In this document: positions 55,601-64,000 of the stretch, piece by piece | Layout: each line of letters begins with the position of its first letter | Position numbering within the stretch: position 1 is the first letter of the stretch | Source: Zygnema circumcarinatum SAG 698-1b | Taxonomy: Eukaryota; Plantae; Zygnematophyceae | Assembly: GCA_037447605.1 (NCBI GenBank) | Contig: CM074807.1 | Coordinates: 2,180,327-2,244,326, forward strand | Length of the DNA stretch: 64,000 bases | Direction: 5' to 3' | Position numbers and translations under genes: made by a program | Notes under the pieces: generated by a model | Database searches by the model: none | What the model saw: only the letters and a program-made list of their open reading frames with translations | Told to the model about the DNA's origin: nothing

Positions 55601-58600
55601 ATTCCAAAATCCGCAGTTAATTAGGAAACAAACAGGAGAGGTGCGAACAACTCAGTCTGAGGAAATCACCTGACGAATGTATCCGCCCACGCTTGTGCCG
55701 TGTGTGAGGTGACATGCAGGAAATTGTGGCGATGACGCTCTGTGCGCTCCTCCTCCGCCATGTTCAGAGCGTCCTCCATGCTGGCAGCCATGTCGCTGAT
55801 GTTCCATGGGTTCACCAAAATGGCCCCAGCTCCTAAAGATTGTGCTGCTCCGGCGAACTGCAAGACATAGTTAAACCTGAATATTTGATTGCTCAATTCG
55901 TAACATCTTACCGGCGTACAGCTTACTGGACCAGAAGCTTTTTACGCACTTAGAGTATTAGAAAATTTTCTCCATCTCAATCTTCCCATTCGAGCAATGG
56001 CATTCAATGCTGCTTTGTTGTGCTCTACAGGCGAGCCGGCCACTTTGTCCCCAAGGCATGCTGAGCCAACCTTCCAACAACCTAAGTGAACTGCTACAGA
56101 TGTTGGTTGTATCACCTCTGCACCATCAGAAATCCATGCAAGCCATGAAACGGACAAGGCAAAGGACGATGTCACTTACCTCACTGAGGACGAGTACGCC
56201 TTTGCGAAGGTTCTGACAAGCGACGTACTCATAGCTGACAAGGTTCATTCCGTCCCGAAGTGAGGTCACAAGAGCCACATCTGCCGACAAAGAAGCAAAA
56301 CCTTTCAGTTCCACACTGATTGAACGATGAACTGATTCCAGCATGAAACCCCTGACGATGGTGGCACACACTCTCAAACGATAGGTCGGTGCGGGCATAA
56401 AAAGTTCATGCAGCTCAAATGTGTTGGTGATACACCATAACCTTAGAGATACGACTTACCTGTTACAGCATACAGTGCACACAGCTCATGAAACGCCAAC
56501 GAGCGATCCTGCAAATTGCAAGGCCAAGATAAGCCCCCTACGCTCTGCCTGCAATGCTCCCTTGTGAAGCAATTAGCAGTGCCTGACGCTTCGACATAAC
56601 CCAACTTGGAGTACGAACGGAAGAAGTACAACCACAATATCGTGAAATCCTGATTTTGACCTGAGTGATGAGCACGAGGCCTACCAGGTGGTGGATAGGG
56701 ACACGTGTCAGCGTTCCAAAGCGTCCATTTATCCGACCCACTATCTCATGAACCTGACTCGTCAAGCGTTGATCTGCACATGACCTTCCCATGGACATTG
56801 CCAGAAACTACGACACGTCATGAACACGTAAACACAAGTTGCATATAGTCCTCGGTTGCTCGTGCTACTTCAATAAATTCAGAGCCATGATCAAAGCATA
56901 GCAGATCTGCAAGAACAATTGAAGGGACCCGCAACATAAAGCACTCTCTCCATCTCAGCAAAGACAGGTCCACGAACAAGCACTGTAACAACAGCCAAAA
57001 CCAAACGTAGCTCCACATACTCATCTATGACACCACCAAATACAGATATCTGAATGGAAAAATTCTGTCCACATGGTGAGAATGGAGCGAAATACTTCCC
57101 ATTTCCCAAACACAAGCAAAAACATAGCGATAAATGCTACTAACAGAGAAGATCGCAGCCAACTGTCATAAACATAGGCCCACTGTCTTGGTTCGGAGAG
57201 CAGATGCCTCAGGCCGAGGACTTACACTCAGGGACATCTGTCCGTGAAGGTACCGCAATCTGCACAAGGAGGACTTTTTCACGAAACTGGGGATTCTCCT
57301 CTAAAAACTTTTCAAAAGCCAATAACTTTTGCGGAATACCCTTGATCATGTCCAAACGATCGACTCCCAACATCACCTGCCAAGGCGGCTTTAAACAAGC
57401 ATCTGAGTCATCCCAAAAAAAACACAATCAATTTCCCTGTACCTTGTCTGTGAAGTTGGAATGGTCAGACTCAGAAAGAAAATTCACCTTTCTTCCGTTA
57501 AACCTTGATAGCAACTCAGCGATGTGACTCTTCACCACGTCAGTCTCCAGTGCCACAATGAAACGCTCTGGGTCTATTCCAATTGGAAACTGCCAACCAT
57601 ACATCCCTCGCCAACCAATAAGAGAGGTTCACTTCGAATCTCGAAGTCAATCTAAATTCTCCAGTTAGGTGCCTTCCAAAGCCTTTCTTACCTGCCCCTA
57701 ATGGCTTGTCCTATGGGCACATCTAGACAGCTTGAAGTTGACAACTATCTCAATATGCTACAAAAACTGATCTGCCGTAGCTTTCTAACTCTACAAATTC
57801 ACTTACCATCGTTTGAGTTCAAGTACTTCCATGCAAAGACCCTAAAGATATAAGCTGTTAAATTGTGGTTCTGTTTACTTAATTCTTTAGAAAGAACTCC
57901 GGAAAGGTGCTTTGGATGTCGAGATTAGTTCTACCACACTCCACTGCGATAACAGCTTTCGGATATGCCTTTGCTACACCAATGGATTCTCCTATTTCCG
58001 ACAATTTTTTGTAAAAGTGGGCAATTGGAGCACATCGAATCCAATCCAAGGCCTTGCTTGATCAAGGACGCATGCATATACTACTCACAGCTGCTACACG
58101 AGTAAGGCGCCCATGGTCTTCTACGCCTTCAGGAGTGCCCTCCAGACCCAGAATTCTCGTACAGGCACTGACAAAATGTCGCGCGTAATCATACGTGTGA
58201 AAGCTGTAAGAAAACAAACCCTTCATAAGGCTGACTCAACAACAAAAGAATCACCTTCCGCTGAGCCCAGACTCCAAAGCTGCTCAAATTTGCAAGCTGC
58301 ATCTCAAGCAATCGCTCTAGCACTCAATTATACGTTCAGAACTTAAGACATGCCCCTCGCTTGCTGCCAAAGTATTACTCATCCAGGCATTCACGCGTAG
58401 GATCGACATACCCGACTAAATCAGCCATCAAAACTGCTCGTAAAATTTCGCCTCGAGAAGGTAATGTGCGATAAATCTCGCTGGAGGGGAAAGGTGTGTG
58501 CAAAAACCAGCCAACTTTCATGCGAGGATTCCTTTCCTTCAAACAGCGAGGAAGCAGCATCAGATGGTAGTCGTGGCACCACACGATATCTCCCTCTTGG

Positions 58601-59850
58601 TATTGGCTGAGGGCTACATCGGCAAACAGCATATTAGCGCGAGTATACGCGGCATATTGGCTCTGAATAGAACGAGTTGCATCGAGGCGATCCTCTTGTG
58701 GCAGACCCATGTAATGGAATAGAGGCCACAGCACTTTGTTACAGTAGCCATTATAGTACTGATCCACAGTTTCCTCATCCAAAAACACCGGCACGCAACC
58801 CTGCAAACCGGCACCCTCTACAATTGAAACACCAGCTATAGATGGTAGAACTGAACTTCTGATAGCTAAATGTTGACGCCGGTTCAATGAAACTGACTTA
58901 ATTAAACGCAACTGGTATGCTAGAGAATGGCAATTCCAGAAACCAAAATCGTTATGCCAGCTGGAAACTGCGCCACTGCCCTGTCTTGTCTAACTTGCAG
59001 GAGGAGAAAAGTAAAACAGAAAACCCGAAAAGTATTCTAGCATTTTACCTTTTCCTGGAGAGCTGCTGTGAGCTTCTCCCGACCCGTGGGATCGCGAATA
59101 TAGAGACCCGGCCACCCAATCCAACACGTCTCGAAGTTCTGCTTTACTCCTGCAAGCCAAAAGCAGCAGCAAACTTATTCAATCTTCTATCATGCATAAC
59201 GCTAATGAACAACCAAATACGCTGCATCAACAGTATTGCAAAGTGGCATCCGCTGCCCCACTTTGCCCCTGCAAGGCGTACTTTCCACAAGGTCCAAAGG
59301 ACTATCCCGACCTGAGCCAGCTTACTGCAACAATCAGCTCACCGAGTAATGCACTAACAAGGCCACCAGCACTGAGCTCCAGCGTCCAGCTGCCGTCAGG
59401 TTTGGCAATGGCTGAAACCGGCAGGCGATTTGCAACGACCAGAAGGCGCTGGGGGCTGGTTCCCGGAGCTGCATTATCCTGACCAGATAATTTTTCATAG
59501 CTTGAACTGCGATTATCAGCCGCTACAGAGTCTGGCGTTCGCCCATCTCCTAGCTCTGGATCTCCAAATTGAAAGCAGCTACCACTGCGCCGAAGCTGTC
59601 GCTCACGCAGCAGTCTCTCTACACGCGAGGAGGATAGAGGCGGGTTGAGAAGGACATTAGGTGACTGCAAGTCTAAGTCGGGCGGTGCATCGTCTGAGAA
59701 AGAAGCTCGGTGAGCAGGGGACGTCCTGGCACCAAGCTCAGACGGAGTGGAGAGAGAAAATCTGCGGCGCCGGCCAGAGCTTGACTCTCCAACATCCCAC
59801 TCCCGGTTTGTTCTCTCGCCGGGCGTCTTGATAGTGAGAGGGTACGGCAT
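52631..59850 (-). CDS. TPS1: Class I trehalose-6-phosphate synthase with C-terminal TPP-like domain
   Basis: [143 protein letters not shown] and YFSCAVGRK...ARY; stop at 52631. Confidence 0.97.
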
Positions 59851-59899
59851 GCATGCGCCCCAGGCAGCCCGGGGCTGCCTCGCCTCTCCTCTCCAGCCT

Positions 59900-60930
59900 T
59901 CTCCCCCTCTTTCTTCTCCCCTCCCTCCCTTCCTGCAAGCCCTCGCCCTTGCACTCGCCCTCGCCCTCGCGCGGCGGTCCCGCGAGGCGGGCCAGAGCGG
60001 GCCCGAGCGGGGCGGAGCGAGGGCCTCGTCTGCGCTCGCTCGCTCTTGGAGCGGCCGCACGCGCGGGCGGGCGGGCGGGCGGCGGGGCAGGCTCGCCCAC
60101 AGGCTTATCTGCGCCGACGCACACAGGGGGGGGGCCCGCGCCGCTACGCGACAAACTCGGGCGCGCGCTGCTGGCGCTGGGCCGCGGGACCGCTCCACGT
60201 GGCGCAGGCCGGTTGGCCTGGGCCACGTCAGCGCGGCGACTTCCGGCTCGGGACGCGGGGCGGGGCGGGGCGGGACGGGACGGGACGGGGCGGGGGCCGC
60301 CGCGGAGGGCGGGAGGGAAGGCGTTCACATGTTGCTGCCCTTGGTGTTTGAATGTCGCGGAGATCAATGCCACATCTCTCGTTTTTGTCATTGGTTGGTT
60401 CTGCCTTGGTGTTGGTGCGGTACAACATTTGATGGCGCCCTGCGTCTTTGCCACTGACGGGAGTCCACTTCTCCAGTCCCCCCTCTCCCGGCTCGTGTTG
60501 TGACTGAGACGCCTGCGGCGGGCGGGGGCCGGGAAATCGTAGCTTTGGACTGCCCCCGACCGATCGAAGGTCGACCGTTCGTTCTGTCGCTCGTCTCCTT
60601 TCCTTTGATGTTTCTTTACCAAGCAGTCTGTCTGTCCGTCGGATGATGTTCCGATGCCTGCCCGAGTGCCTGCTTGCTGCCGTTGTTCCGAGCCTACTTC
60701 GTATGCCGGCGGGCCCGTTCGCCCGCCGCCCGCGCCGTGAGCGCATAAGAAGGCGCGGCGCGCTCCCCCTCCCCCGTCTCCCTCTCTGTTTGTTCGAATC
60801 GGAGCGCCCGCCCGCCCGCCCGCCCGCCCGCCGGCCCGCGGGGAGTGGCGCGCCCTCCCCATTTGCCTGCCTCGACCAACTGGCGCCACCGCTCGCCTGA
60901 AAGCGCAGGCTCTGGAGGACCTCGGGAGCC
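59900..60930. promoter_or_regulatory. GC-rich divergent promoter/leader region between TPS1 (-) and TAF2 (+)
   Basis: The ATGs diverge (59850 and 60935). CCACGTGGC at 60195-60203, GCCACGTCA at 60222-60230, a GGGGCG/GGGAC array at 60250-60296, and (GCCC)n tracts. Confidence 0.65.
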
Positions 60931-60934
60931 GCCC

Positions 60935-63900
60935 ATGGCGGCAAACTTGGCTGCCGTGCGCCATGAAAGGCTCATCATGCGCGTCGACACTGCAAGGAGG
61001 CGCTTGATCGGGTGAGGAATTTGCTGTCACATGTTCGGTACATGGGAAATTGCAGGCTTTATATCCAGCATGTGCCTCTAACAGGGAGCCAGGAGAGGTG
61101 ATAGCAATGCTATCCTTTGAAAGGCTGCCCCAAGTTATCTTAAAGATGCCATTTCCACGAAGGATGACTTGAGGGAAACAGGAGAAGCATATAAAGCTAT
61201 GCGTTTTTCGTCAACATAAGATAAAGAAGATAAAGAATGTCGAATTGCAAGTGTTTTATCTTGTCTTGGGGGAAGGGGCGGCGCAGTCGTGCGGAACTCT
61301 TGGTTGCTCCCCCGCCTGCGGGTGCAGAGCGCGCAGTTGGCATTCATGCCCGCGGCTTGCAGGTGCAGCGCGTGTTGGTGGATGGCACTTTTGCAGATTT
61401 CACGCTCAGCACTCGACCCTTGGAAGTCGTGCAGGGGGGATTTCTCTCTGCCTTTCAGGCTGCAGATGCTGCTTATGAGGTGTACATGGCGGGTTTGGAG
61501 GCTGAGCAACCGCCGGAACTCACCGTGCATCTGCCTAGCAGTCCGCTAGAAGGAAGGGCAGTCCTAGCTGAGAAGGGTGAAGTTGATGGAGCAGGAACTA
61601 CGAGCTCACCGCAGCAGGTTTGTTCGAAGCCGTATTGTTCCCTGCTTTAGAAGCGATAGATGCTACTGCAGGTTGGTTTCCTCAGGCTTCGTTGACAGTT
61701 TAGTGCCTTGTATAGAGTGCACGGCAGGCACTTCTCAGGCTACGGTAAAGGCACAACAGGCTTACTTCTGCGGGGAGAGGGCGGCAAGGGTTTGCTTGGC
61801 TTAGCAGCTATTGCGGCTTTCTATAGATTACACAGTGGACAATCCACAGTCGGGGCTGCACTTTTGGGGCTCTACGGCGCACACGCATAGCCAGCTCCGG
61901 AGGTCACGTTGCTGGTTTCCCTGCATAGACTCTCCGTTCCACCTATGCAGGTACATCTCATCATTCGCTCTTGTTGTGATTGTTCTGTGGTTTTTTTGAA
62001 ATAGGCTGGCTTGCTAAGAGATTGGTTGAATAAAAGCTAAACGGTTGTCGTACAATGGGTCTGGCTGGCTTGCAGCTTTGATCTTGAGATTACTGTGGAA
62101 GCTGACAAGGTTGCAATTGCAAGCGGGAAGTTGTTGCATCGGGTAGGCACTGCCAATCCTTCATTCTCCGCAATGCGTTCACTTTGAGTGTGAGGGCATG
62201 CTGATTTATCTAATCAAAGTCAGAAGCTCTCCTTATCCTTGCTGAATGAAGAAGAATGAACAACTATGCGAGCTGTGACAAGGCCATAAAGGTATCACAG
62301 CTATGAATTTGATCGAAAAAACTCCAGATAAGAATCTTGACCGCTCAATTTAAGCCAATGTCCATAGTTTAAACTTAGACGCCATCCCTATCGACATTGA
62401 AGGAGTTCGCTTTCAAATTGCTAGTGATGGGAAAAGATAGAAAGGAGGATCCGAGGGACTCCCTTGTGAGTGACATAACGTGTACTTCGCGAAAGTGCTT
62501 TGATATTATTTTTACGCTTTCTTTCTCAACATGTAGAATTTCCTGAAGTATGCTATTCCACGTACGCTGGAAAACGCTCCATTGTATTTTTTGTGTGAAT
62601 GCTTGCTGTTCTGAGAAGTATGGATTGCCCTGTTTCTTTGGCCAGAGTTTTGGCTGGAAACTTTATGCCCTTCTGAAGAGTTTTCCTAATGGTCAAGGAA
62701 ATACCAGTTTGGTGCTTAGGATTCGTAAGCCTTTATTTTTTTAGGCGCCTGCCTGGCTCGATACAGATTTCTAGTGTTTTGTTCACCAATTTTCCGAGGT
62801 TGAACTGACTAACTTTTTGCTCTCTTTCTAACTCATGGCCCTGCATTAAAAAACAGGAGTTCAAGTAGGCCTATTCACTCTTTGTCAGAAATGTCTCAAA
62901 GGGCACAGATCATGGCTGTTTGGTGTAATTGTAGAAATGCAGGTAAGTCATGTTTAACAGCTTCACTATCTAGGGTGGCACCTGGGGGGCAGAGTCATGA
63001 AGTAATTCCGATATGCCCGACAATGTTAACTTGGTGTCTGATTTCAGGATCGTGGAGATCGGGTCCATGTCCTGGCCTATGGGCTGTGCAATCAGTTGAT
63101 TCATGCAGTAATGTGGGTGGCTTTGCTGATGGGGTTGGCAGGTGAGCAGGGGCCTCAAAGGAGAGCTTGTGACCTTTTCTTATCAGTTGAACATTCCGAC
63201 AGCAGCAGAACGCATTGGCATTGTTGTAGCTCCTTTGGAGTTGCTCTCTGATCCACTCGATGGTGCGATACTGCATTTCTGTTCTCCTCAAGACATGCAT
63301 CTCCTCAGCCCAACAGTCGCTGGGTTTCATTCAGCATTCAGGCACGTCAATGACTGCCAAACCTTATCTCTCTCGGCAACAACATGGTACGAGTGTGTAT
63401 GGGCATCAATGAGTGAGTTATGATTCACCTTATAAATCAATAATGTGTCTACATGGTCGATGATGCGGGACAGCCTATACGAAGAGTACCTTGGAGCGCC
63501 ATTTCCGTATGGCTGCTACAAGCAAGTTTTCATTCCAGCAGCAGCTGCCTTATCATCTACTCACATGACAGCATCAATTGCGGTGCTGAGCAGTGACATT
63601 CTCACTGAAGAACGCAGCGTTGAGCAGGTGAGAGATATCAGGATTGAGGATGGCGACTTCTGCTAGAGGATTCGCCTCTGTAATCGCCATCGTGAGATGT
63701 AATTTGTACTTAGTTGCACGACGCGGTGATTTCAGGTGATGGCTGCACGCATCAGGCAGGCTCATATCCTGGCGAAACAATGGTTTGGCGTCTTCATCAC
63801 TCCCGAATCAACAGGCGACAGTGAGTGGCACCACTGAGTGCAAGGCTTTCTGGGGGTGAAGCAATCCAAGGAAGTGGGCTGCCTTGTAATGGGTAACTGA

Positions 63901-64000
63901 CAAGTTCCAAATGCCATAGGTATCCCCAGAGTGGCTGCTGGAGGGTCTTGCGGGGTTTCTCCATCACCTGTATATCGCCCAGGAGTTCGGCAATAACGAG
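60935..64000 (+). CDS. TAF2: TFIID subunit TAF2 (M1 aminopeptidase-like fold); partial, continues past the right edge
   Basis: MAANLAAVRHERLIMRVDTARRRLIG|RAEL...VGIHARGLQVQRVLVDG, GLHFWG...RRSRCWFPCID, FDLEITV, YEEYLGAPFPYGCYKQVFI, AHILAKQWFGVFITP and WLLEGLAGFL, paralleling plant TAF2 as recalled. Confidence 0.92.

Noticed and set aside
59302-61030. Long overlapping ORFs (430, 298, 238, 236 and 216 aa) across the TPS1/TAF2 promoter
   Set aside because: Very high GC depletes stop codons, and the translations are Arg/Gly/Ala/Pro-rich low-complexity sequence. Only the part from MPYPL (59850) is real TPS1 coding.
63755-63800. TAF2 AHILAKQWFG as a novel inactivated metalloprotease motif
   Set aside because: Loss of HExxH in the TAF2 aminopeptidase-like fold is a known family feature.

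Overview
Eukaryotic, intron-rich nuclear DNA with GC-rich promoter islands. The gene set (plastid-targeted MurC, class I TPS1, FGT1, SYN1/REC8, plant-type nad4L) suggests a streptophyte alga, possibly Klebsormidium-like; this is inference and cannot be confirmed without a search. I reconstructed ten spliced protein-coding genes by hand: FGT1/EMB1135 (-, runs off the left edge), a ProT-like AAAP transporter (-), an aldo-keto reductase (-), an ABC1K6-like kinase (+), a SYN1/REC8 kleisin (+), MurC (+), an unknown disordered tandem-SAM protein (+), MCM7 (+), TPS1 (-) and TAF2 (+, runs off the right edge). Most short ORFs in the supplied track are exon fragments or GC-rich shadow ORFs. I recognised no rRNA, tRNA, CRISPR array or autonomous transposase. 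Best leads: (1) an AKR with Phe in place of the catalytic Tyr while the other tetrad residues are intact; (2) a ~936-aa disordered protein with two SAM domains, mostly in one 2.27-kb exon; (3) a MITE-like element sitting in the same relative orientation upstream of two promoters; (4) an apparently intact SYN1/REC8 with E2F-type sites; (5) a nad4L mitochondrial fragment and a degenerate telomere-type array in neighbouring FGT1 introns. I did not find a clearly new multi-gene system. Exon boundaries were read by eye and are approximate.
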